DNA of 64,000 bases. It comes from Cyanophora paradoxa CCMP329. Lineage: Eukaryota > Plantae > Glaucophyta. The DNA lies in NCBI GenBank assembly GCA_004431415.1, contig QPMI01000208.1, positions 1-64,000 on the forward strand, written 5' to 3'. Below are positions 53,477-64,000 of this stretch, one piece after another. The notes under the pieces are model-generated. The model was not told the origin of the DNA, did no database searches, and was given only the letters and a program-made list of their open reading frames with translations. Within the stretch, counting starts at the first letter, position 1; every line of letters starts with the position of its first letter. Made by a program: the position numbers and the translations under genes.

Positions 53477-54890
53477 GGCCCTCCTCAAACGGTAGTCGCG
53501 CCCGGCGACTTGCTTAAATTTAATTCGCATTGGGGAACGCTTACGTAATCAGCAAAAACGCTAAACTCAAAGAATTACGGTTATAACGATCTTATACAAA
53601 AGCTCTTAGTTGAAGGCCTTTTAAAATTCAGCGACCAACTAATTTAGTTAAGTTGGCAATTTCGAATTATGCGCACGGGTTGCTAGGAGCCTCACGTTAG
53701 GCCCGTATCGGCCGTGCTCAAGCCAAGGCGCGGCTGGGCATAGCACGTCACCCGTCACGCCGCGGCTCCTCACGGCAGCATCACGCGATCGCTCAATCTA
53801 TTTCTGTTGTCCCTAATTTGATTCACGCTGCAGGGACGGCAAGAGCAACAGCAACAGCAGCGGCCGGAGGAGCGGGGGCCAGGGGCCGCCTCCACCACCA
53901 CCTCCACCACCAACCCGAAACATGAGTTAGTGCACCCCCAGCTGCAATTCACTGCTTTGTTCTATCCGCTGTTCATTCTTCTGCTCTTTAGGAATTGACG
54001 TCAACTGCGATCCTGACTTATTTAATATGCTCAAGAACCCTAAAGTTGTGAAGGTTGCGCCGATGACAGTGAACGCTCTTCGCTCGGCCCTAGATACTGG
54101 AGGCTCATCATACCAACTTTTATATGATGACATATATAAGGTCTGATGCATGAACACGCTGAAGCACCATCTCTTACTGCAAGCATGCAAGCAGAATGTA
54201 CATGGACGCGGCTTCGCGAAGGAGACTCGCGTGAATGTCTCAGTACCAGTGGGGATCCAAAACGAGCTCAAGCTGGTCCGGACCACAGTCGGCAATCTTG
54301 AGGACTTCATGAAGCACTTAACCGAGGTGCATTGCGATTCGCACATATATATATATATGTAACCCAGGCGCTGCAAGGGGTACGAGATTGCCCAAGCAGT
54401 TGGACGTAAATCCAGTGCAGGCCAACCCCAAGATAGAGGCGCACAGCGCAACGCTCCACCTGACTATCTCGAGGACCCGCTGCTCGAGATTCAGGTTCCG
54501 ACTTATGACCTTATTTAATCAAGGTCTGGTTTCCAATTCTGAATGCAGGAAAGTGAACTGGGCATCCCAAAAGAGTTGCGGGATCGGACAGCCAGAATCC
54601 TTGCTGAACGTGGCAAGCTGTACTATGACGGTCATCAATGCAGACGTGCAGCTGCCCTATGGCCCATTGACAAGGCCCACTGACCATTGTTTCGCTCTAC
54701 CTATGCATGCACATATGCCCTTATATCGGCCTTTGCAGGCGATTGTTTTGCTGCCATTCCCTTCCGAATCATCCACTCTGGAGCTGGAGTCGAAGGTGAA
54801 CATCATGATAATGATTGAATTGTATTTCTATGGCAAGTCTACGAGTCGGGGGTTCGACGTCACACTCGAGTTCGGAAACCGTAAGTCCAG

Positions 54891-54922
<32 letters not shown>

Positions 54923-57900
54923 TTCAAAGCTCTTCTCTTTCATAGCCGCTGAGTTCATTAATGAATCAGATAAGGGCAATGCTGCAGCCATGATTCTTCA
55001 GCTCGTGCATGGAGCACGGAATGAGCAATTCGCAGTCCCAGCTGGCGAAGCGACACTGGTTGGAAGATCTGTCGAGGCAATTGCAGATTCGTTCAAGGTG
55101 AGTTCAGCCTGGGAGTCATATGCATGTCCCACATTTATCTGTCTTACGCACACGTGTGCAAGGTTGGCGAGAATATAAACTCGGCGCTGATACGAGAGCT
55201 GCTCTCTCTGCAGCCGAAGTCGTATACCAGCCCTATCGACATCACAACGCGAGTAAAGGTTTTGAAGGCTGTCGCGTCTACACTGAACGAAATCGTGTCC
55301 GCATCATCCACCATGCAAATATGGTATTGAATGTTTCCCTGTTGTTGTTTGTGATTGCATCCCAACAGCTCTGCAGGCTGCGTGCTGCGTTCGAGTTTGC
55401 AGCAGAGGCATTCATTGCATGGCACACGAGCGCGGATCGGGGCCAGAACCGATGCAAACTTGCGCAGGCCATTGTGAAATTGAAAGAGGATGCCAACTGG
55501 CAGGTGTTTCCGGCAGAGTGTGCAAACCAAGCTTTCTTGCATTTGACTGACACTGCAACATGCGGCAGGAGCTGGTGAAGCTTGCGTACCCCAACAAGAG
55601 AGCGCGGGACGATTTTGACAGTGACAGTGCATACAACGAAATCCGCAAGGAAGGTGGTCAAGCACTGCGCTTGTTAGCAGGACCACTTGCGCAGCGCATG
55701 GCTGGCATCATCTTCACCTCGCTCGCACGACGGACACAGTTCCTGAAGCTCATGACTCCAGCGCACCAGCTCATCATCCTGTATGTGATTGAATTTGCAC
55801 TAAAAGAGTCCCTCCAGCTTCGGCAGGTGAGGGCCGGCGCCCCAAACGATTCTCCAATGCGCACATAACACCGTCCACAGTTGCAGATCATGAAGGACTG
55901 GAGCAATCCATTCCACAGGCTAGCGGACAACCCAGATCTCCTGTCAACAGCCAAGATTTTCGAGCATCTATGGTCAGATGAGGCGCCTCCTGGAGATGCC
56001 GCCGACGCGCAGGTGCGCCCCCCTGGTGTCCAACTCCGTAAAATGAAATTAAGTAAAAATAATCCAGGCGAAGAAGATTGCAAAACGGACGACAGAGAAG
56101 GTGAAGAGGGTTACAGCGGCATCGAAGAAGGGCATGGCCGCCCTGCAGTTCATGGCAGGTGTAGCAGCAGACGCAGGGGTTGCTCGAAGCCTCTTCCTTG
56201 TATCTGGGCTCGGCTGCGACACCGTTCCATCTGTCGACTGGTACAACGCTCGTGCTGAGCCCAGTATGGTGCGTTCCACGAACATGTTGCGTTTTTGCTC
56301 CTACTGACATGAACATGGACACCAGCAAGTCACACATCCAGTCGGTCGGCCCCGCTCTCCTATCTACCAGGGGATCAACCCGGCAATAGTGGAGCGAGCG
56401 CGGAATCGGTGGGCATTGCAACACTGGACGCTGGCGCGGCGCGACCGCAATTAATTTTCGACTGACGGGAACGCAGGGCGTACCAGTTCGCAGTGCGGGC
56501 GTTTGATATCATGAAGAACATTCTGGCAGCGGAACAACGGCGACGGGAGAAATGGGATGAGATGGAAGACGCAGACCGCAAGGCCCACGAGAACGACTTC
56601 AACAAAGCAGCTGCAGGCATCCTCATCTACATTCGACAGGAACGTCACCGTGGTGGTGCGAACGGCCCTCTACGGCTCTTCCTCGAGCGCATGGCAGGGA
56701 TTAGACGCATAGAAGGTGGTGTCGAGCGGGTGGAGCTCCGGTGCAGCGGGCCAGGTATGTCCCCGTGCGCCGGCCACGATGACGTTCACTGATATGGTTC
56801 CACAGCCGTGAACTTTGCAGTTGCACCAGGCACAATGCCGCACTGCGGGCACGGAATACAGACTTTCATCCTCGACCAAGAGCCAACAGCGGAAGCGACA
56901 GACGCACAGCGAGCAGATTTAGAGAGAAGGAAGAATCTTGTCATGAGTGCACTCGCTACCTTCGACTGGGACCACAGCTTGTGCATCTGAAGTTTTCTTG
57001 TATCTAGTAAAATACGTTTCAATCTGACCGGTTTCAATACGGTCTTTCCCTCACAGTGTGCGAGTGGAGCACCTTGCAAAGACAGCAGCCAAGATCGTCA
57101 TGAAAGCGCGAGGCCGGGCGGCCACCGGAGACAATGCGTCGGCGGCCGACAGCGTGCTGTCCATGGAGGTGGCCTTCAAGACACACATCGACATCGAGCA
57201 ATTTAATAAGGTCCTGTACTCTCCAACCTTCGGGCACTTCCGGTGCCAGGCCTGCCACTCGCGTGTTCCGTGGCGGTGCCTGCACTGGGAAGCGCGAGGG
57301 CGGGCCTTTCTGGAAAGGCCAAGGCCCGGCCAGCCCGCCCCGCACCGCGACGAGGAGGCGACTCGGGCCTTCGTCTTGGCGTGCCAGGAGTCGCGGCAGC
57401 CCGAACAAGGCCCAGCAGCACCAGCGATAGTGCAGTAGAGTTAGGAATTGTGGTATAGTTATTTGTACTACGGTAGTCCTAGGGACTAGCCGCAGAGCAA
57501 TAGCCGCAGATCTCATTAGCAGTATGAGAGATAGGCACTACGTACATACGAGGCTACTAGGCTAGCTAGCTAGTACGTGTGAATGCAGTACGGATCAATT
57601 TTGCGAATTGAAACTGGATGTTCTCGGATTCGAACCCGTTACCAAAAAAACCGGGAATTTTCCCGGACTTTTTACTATGGCGGCTGCCCAATAACGTTGC
57701 GAACTGGCCCATACAAAAAACCGGGAACGGATGCATAAACATTTGCTGCGGTTTTAAAAATGAAAGAATATTAAGCACTGCCCGCGCACTAGTTCTCGCT
57801 AGCGCTAACGCTGCCTCATGATCAAAACGGCTAGCTCGGATCTAGCTATAGCTAGCTAGAGATCTAGGGCTAGCGCTAGAGCTGCAGGCGCTATCTGGAG

Positions 57901-58466
57901 CGCCGCGGCTGGTGGGAGCGCGAGCGGCGCCCCGGGCCCTAGTGGCACAGCTGCTGGCGCGCCAGCGGGAGCGCCACGCGCTGGAGCACCGGTACCGAGC
58001 TCGAGCTCAAGGTGCGGCTGCAAGCCTTGGCCCTGCACGGCGCCATTGCTAGCGCTATAGCTAGCGCTAGCTTAGCGGCTGGTAGCGCGCTAGTGCTAGC
58101 TATATATATATATATGCATAGCGCTAGCGTGACTAATATGCGAGGCACGTGCAGGCCCCGCAAGAGGCCGGCTCCCGAGGAGGAGCCCACAGACGCCCAA
58201 GGTTAGCCGCTGTTGCTCTGCCTTCGTCTCAGCCATCGCATTTTGCAGTGCCTTTTCCGAAGCAAAATACTCGAATTTTTCAATTAATTTTTCTTATGGC
58301 CGGCCGGCGGGGGGCGCTGTACCCGCCCGGCTGCTACAGGCTGCTATATGACGTGCGTCCGCAGGTCGCTCCGATGACGGAGAAGATCCGCAAGCTAGAG
58401 CGTCCGGTGGCGGCTCAGGGGTGCCCGGTACGTTGCCCTAGCCGCGACTATAATTTGAGGAGGGCC
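53477..58466. mobile_element. Non-autonomous cargo-carrying Harbinger (4990 bp)
   Basis: First 296 bp match 46081-46376; last 568 bp match 52803-53372 apart from a TA-repeat length difference; the internal 4126 bp are unrelated. Confidence 0.9.
53922..57438 (+). CDS. Unknown multi-exon cargo protein with a C-terminal CxxC-x7-CxH putative zinc finger
   Basis: Exons splice in frame where traced (IDVNCDPDLFNMLKNPK.., ELVKLAYPNKRARDDF.., AYQFAVRAFDIMKNIL.., FRCQACHSRVPWRCLH); stop at 57438. The start codon and the exons near 54.8-55.0 kb are uncertain. Confidence 0.7.
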
Positions 58467-59570
58467 CAGGCCTCGTGTTGTTTTGATCATCCATGTGTCC
58501 TGGTGTGCCGGCTGTGCCGCGGCCCATGAGTCACACGAGATCTGGCCAATGGGCGCGCACATCGATTCGATGTGCCGGCGCAAGCTGCCATGGGCCAGGC
58601 ACGGCTAGCTAGCCTAGTAGCGCTCTAGCTAGGGCTAGCGCTAGCTAGCCGCGCGGGCTACTAGGCTAGCAACCGCTAGCTAGCTGCAGCAGCGCTAGCC
58701 TCGAGCTCGGCGCAGTGCGCGAGCCCAGCTGCAGGGAGCGCTCGCAGCCCGGATCGAAGCAGCTACAGACCTAGCTAGGACAGCGCAGCAGGCTCGCTAG
58801 CTGGCGCGAGCCTCGCAGCGGCGCGCGTGCGCGCACGCGCGCGCGGCCCGGCGACGCGCGCGCCACGTATTCGCGCGTCCCTAGGCCGAAGCCTGGCCTG
58901 GCATGATGAACTGCGCATGCAGCCCAGGCCCGCAGCGCCGGCCCCGAACACCCCCCGCCGCCCCCGGCATGCCCTGGGCCCCGGCACGCCCCGCGCGCCC
59001 CCGGCCCCTGCACCCCACCAGCTGTGCGTGCAGCCCGCACTGCGGCAGCGCCGGCCGGGCCCCACCCACCCCTGCCGCGGGCCGCCGCCCGGCACGCCCG
59101 CGGCCCTGGGCCCCGGCCCGGCATGTCCCGCGGCCCCCCGGCCCCTGCACCCCATGGGCCACGAGCTGTGCGTGCAGCCCGCACTGCGGCAGCGCCGACC
59201 GGGCCCCACCCCCCCCCCTGCCGCGGGCGCCGCCCGGCACGCCCTGGGCCCCGCATGTCCCGTGGTCCCCCGGCCCTGCACCCCCTCCACCGCTGCGCAT
59301 GCAGCCCGCAGCTGCAGCGCCGGACCCATCCATATGCACCCCCGCCGCCGCCTGCCACGCCCTGGGCGCCGGCCCCACCCATATGCATCCCCCGCCGCCG
59401 CCCGGCACGCGTACGCCCTGGGCCCCGGCACGCCCCCCGGCCCCCCGGCCCCTGTCTTCCCGGGCGCCCGGCCGTGGCGTGCCCTGCGGCCCCCGGCCCC
59501 GTCCCCCCCCAGGGCGGGCTGCTGCGCCAAGCGGGCCCGGGCCGGCCCAGCGAGGCCGCGACAGCATGCA

Positions 59571-60455
59571 TTATACATGGATTCGCAATGTATAAGATGA
59601 GCTCGAGGCGCCGCGCGTGAGACACAAGGCCGGCCTCGACGGAGTGGGGGGGGCACATGAGGGGATGGGCCCGCGGAACCCCACCCGTTCTCCCCAGGGC
59701 GGGCCCCGCGCCTGCGTCGGAGCACTGGGAAACAACATTTATTATACATGGATTCGCAATGTATAAGATGAGCTCGGGGCGCCGCGCGTGAGACACAAGG
59801 CCGGCCTCGACGGAGTGGGGGGGGCACATGAGGGGATGGGCCCGCGGAACCCCACCCGTTCTCCCCAGGGCGGGCCCCGCGCCTGCGTCGGAGCACTGGG
59901 AAACAACATTTATTATACATGGATTCGCAATGTATAAGATGAGCTCGGGGCGCCGCGCGTGAGACACAAGGCCGGCCTCGACGGAGTGGGGGGGGCACAT
60001 GAGGGGATGGGCCCGCGGAACCCCACCCGTTCTCCCCAGGGCGGGCCCCGCGCCTGCGTCGGAGCACTGGGAAACAACATTTATTATACATGGATTCGCA
60101 ATGTATAAGATGAGCTCGGGGCGCCGCGCGTGAGACACAAGGCCGGCCTCGACGGAGTGGGGGGGCACATGAGGGGATGGGCCCGCGGAACCGCGCCCGT
60201 TCTCCCCAGGGCGGGCCCCGCGCCTGCGTCGGAGCACTGGGAAACAACATTTATTATACATGGATTCGCAATGTATAAGATGAGCTCGGGGCGCCGCGCG
60301 TGAGACACAAGGCCGGCCTCGACGGAGTGGGGGGGGCACATGAGGGGATGGGCCCGCGGAACCGCGCCCGTTCTCCCCAGGGCGGGCCCCGCGCCTGCGT
60401 CGGAGCACTGGGAAACAACATTTATTATACATGGATTCGCAATGTATAAGATGAG
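59571..60455. repeat. 171-bp tandem satellite, ~5.2 near-identical copies
   Basis: ttatacatggattcgcaatgtataa at 59571, 59742, 59913, 60084, 60254 and 60425. Confidence 0.97.
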
Positions 60456-61658
60456 CCGGGGTTCTCGGGCCCTAGGGGGATGGCAAGAGCGAGACCAGGG
60501 CACCATGTGCCATCCACATTAGTTTCTTTTCGAACTGAATATCTTTTGATGGAATTCAGATCTATTTAATCAAATTACATCACAAGAACGACAATGAAAA
60601 GGGCTTTCAGGATATATAAAAAGTTCGGGACTTGCAAAGTAACCTAACCCGTAAGAGCCCGCCGAAATGTCTGACGAGCCGTCAAACCTGACAACTGAGT
60701 GTCACCCAAATCTGTCATCATGAAAACTGACCTCGGTGGGCGACTCCATTACCACTGAACAACATCATGTACATTGTATATAAAGGCTTAAACAAGCCTC
60801 ATATATCACTCACTCACTGGGCATCGCTTGTTGGAACGAGATTTCAGAAATAATTGCGGCCGTGCCCCAACGTGCCCCACCATAACCCGCCGCCGTGCCC
60901 CAACGTGCCCCGACGTGACCAACCATGCCCCACCGCCATGTCCCGATGTGCCCCGCCCCGCTATGCCGTGTTCTAGCGTGTTCTTGAGCGCGATCGCGCG
61001 CGGCGATGTACATGTGCCCGATGTGGTAATATTAATATTGCCACTCAAACATGTGGGGGACAAAGCAAATATGAAGCTTCTCATGATCAAATCCACGTCT
61101 ATATCTCAGCGACAAGCCACGGACCTGCAGCTGGGGCAGCGGCAGGCCTAGGGGCCCGGGACAGCCTACAGCCCTGGGGCAGACAGGTCTATATGGGGCC
61201 GGGGCTCGCCCTCAGCGGCCCATAGCCCATAGGGACCGGGGCGGGATCGATATGAGGCGGGGGAGGGGGGGGGGGGGAGGGGAGGCGGGCCGGGGCAAGG
61301 GCCGAGGCGGGATCAATCTGGGCTGGCCATGGGAGGGGCGGGGCGGGGGGGTGCGGGGCGGCAGCCCCCCCTAGGCCTGCGGATGGACGGGGGGCCGCGG
61401 GCCCGGGCCCGCCGGGCGCGCCACGGCGCCCAGGGCCGGGGCCTGCTGCCGGCCTGCTTTATCATGATCATGAGCACCTGGCGCCAGCGGGCTGCAGCTG
61501 CAGCTGGCCATGCAGATGGGGGAAGCAGGGTTATGAGCACCTAGGTCTAGGCCTGGCGCCGGCGCCAGCTGCAGCGGGCTATAGCTAGCGCTGCAGCTGG
61601 GGGAGGCAGGGGCCGCGGGGCCGCGGGCGTGCCGGGGCCCGGCCCATGGACAGCTGCA

Positions 61659-61697
<39 letters not shown>

Positions 61698-63096
61698 CGC
61701 TGCGGGGCGCCCCCAGGGCCCGTGCCCGGGGGCCTGGGATAGCGCTCGGGCTCGGGCGGGGTGCGCGGAGATCCAGACCCACAGCCGGGCGCCGCTGAGC
61801 TGCAGCTGGGACGGCCCAGCTGGCAGCTGCTGACCTAGGCCTAGGCCTAGGGCCCGGGGCGCGTGCGCGCGCGGGCCGGGCCGGGGCCGGGGGGCGCGCG
61901 GGGCGTGCCGGGGCCCATGCATATGGCCAGGGCGTGCGGGGGGCGGTGGGGGGTGGGTCGGGCCCGGCGCCGGCCGGCGCTGCATGCGCAGGCTGTACAT
62001 GTATGCATATATATAGATGCGCAGCTGGTGGGGGGCCAGGGGCCGGTGGGGCCGCGGGACGTGCCGGAGCCCAGGGCCAGCGCTAGCTGCAGCTGCAGGG
62101 CATGCCGGGGGCGGCGGGGGGTGGGCGGGGCCGGCGCTGCAGACTGCATACGCAGCGTGGCGCCGCCCACCCCCCGCTGCAGACCCCCGCCCGCTGCATC
62201 CGCGCGCGCGCCACGAGGATCCGCTGCAAACCGGCGCGGATCCTCGTGGCGCGCGCGCCGCCGGGCCGCGCGCGTGCACCGTCGCGCGCGCGCGCGCACC
62301 CCTGATATCGATCCGCACGCCGCTGCGAGGCTCGCGCGAGCTAGCGAGCCTGCTGCGCTGTCCTATCTAGAGCGCCCGCGCTGCCTGTATACGTAGCTGC
62401 TTCCGGGCTGCGAGCGCTCCCTGGCCGCCGGGCTCGCGCACAGGGCCGAGCTCGAGGCTAGATAGCGGCTGCTAGCCCGCGCGGCTAGCTAGGAGCGCCC
62501 TAGCTAGAGCGCTACTAGGCTAGCTAGCCGTGCCTGGCCCATGGCAGCTTGCGCCGGCACATCGAATCGATGTGCGCGCCCATTGGCCAGATCTCGTGTG
62601 ACTCATGGGCCGCGGCACAGCCGGCACACCAGGACACATGGATGATCAAAACAACACGAGGCCTGGTGTGGAAAAGTGATTTCCACACGGGTATCATTTC
62701 CACACGGAACACACGTGCCGCGGAGCGCGCTCCAGCGCCCTGCAGCCCGTAGCCCTGAAGCTCGCATGCGCAGAGGCCCATCGATCGACGTGCTGCACTG
62801 CTAAATTAAAAAGTCTGCTCAAAGAGACTGCTTTCCCTTGGGGGGTACAGACCTTAATTTGTGCGTCATCGGGAGCCCGATTCTCCCGCTCTTTCCGCAG
62901 CTTTATACAACTTTTAAAGCGAGTGAGAAAGAGCAACTCTTTAAACAACTGGTTTTCAGCTCTCGCCTTGCTTCCCGCGTGAGAACCCAGCGCAGCAGCC
63001 GCAGCGGCTGCCCGCAGCTGCTGGTGAGACCGCTTGAATCTTTCTGCTTAGATTGTAGCACTGGCGCGGGTGGCGCGAGGCCGAGCTGGCGCGGCC

Positions 63097-64000
63097 ATGC
63101 CGCCCAGCCTGTTGGAGGCGGCGGAAGCGCTCGGGAGCGCCGACGAGTCCTCCACCGACGCGGATGGACCCTCTGGAGCGACTTCGGCAAGTGGCTGCGG
63201 CCTCAACGACATCGCTCGTGCGTCGAAGATCGAAAGGAGACGAGCACGGGAGCGCGAGAGCGCCAGGAGGTCCCGCCGGCGCAAGAAGGAGCAGATGGAC
63301 ACTCTGGAGCAGCGTGTTAGACAGTTACAAGAGGAGAACAGGCAGCTGCAGCTCCGAAAGGCGCACCGAGATCTAATCGTCCTCAACGAGTTGTACGCGC
63401 ATCAGATAAACACTCTCAAGCAGATGGTTCACAGCCCTCTGCTGCGTATAGAAGCTAGCTTCTGACGGCTGACGGTTCCCGGCAGGTCTCCTCGGGCCTG
63501 CCGGACCCGATGGCGTTGCAGCACACCGTGGGCACGGCCATGAAGCTGGCAAACGACCGCCGCGTCGTCGTGCGCAACATGCTGGAGGACCTTCAGCAGA
63601 TCCTCGAGGTTCGCCGCCGCCCGCTGGCCCCCGCACGCCGAGCGCCCCTTCGCCCGCCGAGCGGCCCCGCGCGGCAGCCGATCTACCGGACGGAGGCGAT
63701 GTGGTGGATCGTGGAGGGCATCGGGAAGTACGATCCAGACGAGGAGCTGCCGATCACCTCGCCGACCGCCGCCGGGGCGCCCAGCGGCAGCCGCGGCTCC
63801 GTGAGGTCGATCCTCTGCGAGCGCCGCGGCTCGCGCAGCGCCACACGCGCCGCCTCGGCTGCCGCCTCCCCGGAGCCGCAGACGGGCGGCGAGGACACCG
63901 ACGGGGCGCCGGCGCCGGGGGACGTGCCATTCCGGGAGACGCTGCCGCCCATCGGCGAGGGCGAGGGCGCGAAGGAGATCGTGCGGAGGGTGGTCAAGGC
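63097..64000 (+). CDS. bZIP transcription factor, 3'-partial
   Basis: ERRRARERESARRSRRRKKEQMDTLEQRVRQLQEENRQL: a basic region followed by leucine heptads. Confidence 0.85.

Larger units (their letters stand above)
46031..62712. mobile_element. Non-autonomous foldback-type TIR element (~4.3 kb net), left arm interrupted by a Harbinger insertion
   Basis: 46031-46080 joined to 58470-58635 is the exact 216-bp reverse complement of 62497-62712. Imperfect arm similarity continues several hundred bp inward. Possible 2-bp AC duplication at 46029-30 and 62713-14. Confidence 0.85.

Noticed and set aside
57620-57645. tRNA B-box-like GGGTTCGAATCC on the minus strand
   Set aside because: The T-stem does not pair and no cloverleaf or A-box could be built.
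59571-60455. Hammerhead ribozyme/retrozyme or CRISPR-like array
   Set aside because: GATGAG and GAAAC are present but the CTGA core is missing on both strands; units are fully repeated with no unique spacers.
46031-62712. A 102-bp perfect palindrome acting as a landing pad for three separate elements
   Set aside because: It is more parsimonious that the outer 50-bp arms are the tips of the foldback element's 216-bp TIRs, with one Harbinger insertion at CAG.

Overview
Eukaryotic nuclear DNA, very GC-rich and gene-dense. Genes are split by many short (about 45-100 nt) GC-rich introns, and an unusually large share use GC instead of GT donors. Most long ORFs in the supplied track are therefore artefacts; the gene models below were spliced by eye. 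Phe-containing transit-peptide-like N-termini suggest a plastid-bearing alga, possibly a glaucophyte (inference only). Positions 1-43.4 kb hold host genes: REV1, a bacterial-type TGT, a PLOD-type glycosyltransferase, a BI-1/LFG protein, an ArfGAP, a GcvR-like ACT-ACT protein, a sedolisin/TPP1, DCTN3, a RING-TRAF protein with five diversified MATH domains, a ~720-bp exon/intron tandem array, an EamA-ACT-ACT fusion, a DUF2358-like protein and an antenna-type glutamate dehydrogenase. Positions 46.0-62.7 kb are a nested mobile-DNA stack. A 12.4-kb composite PIF/Harbinger unit consists of an apparently intact autonomous element, a 104-bp spacer and a sibling element with the same ends carrying an unknown multi-exon cargo gene. 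It is inserted with a CAG duplication into the left arm of a 4.3-kb foldback element that contains a 171-bp satellite. An atypical bZIP gene begins at 63.1 kb.
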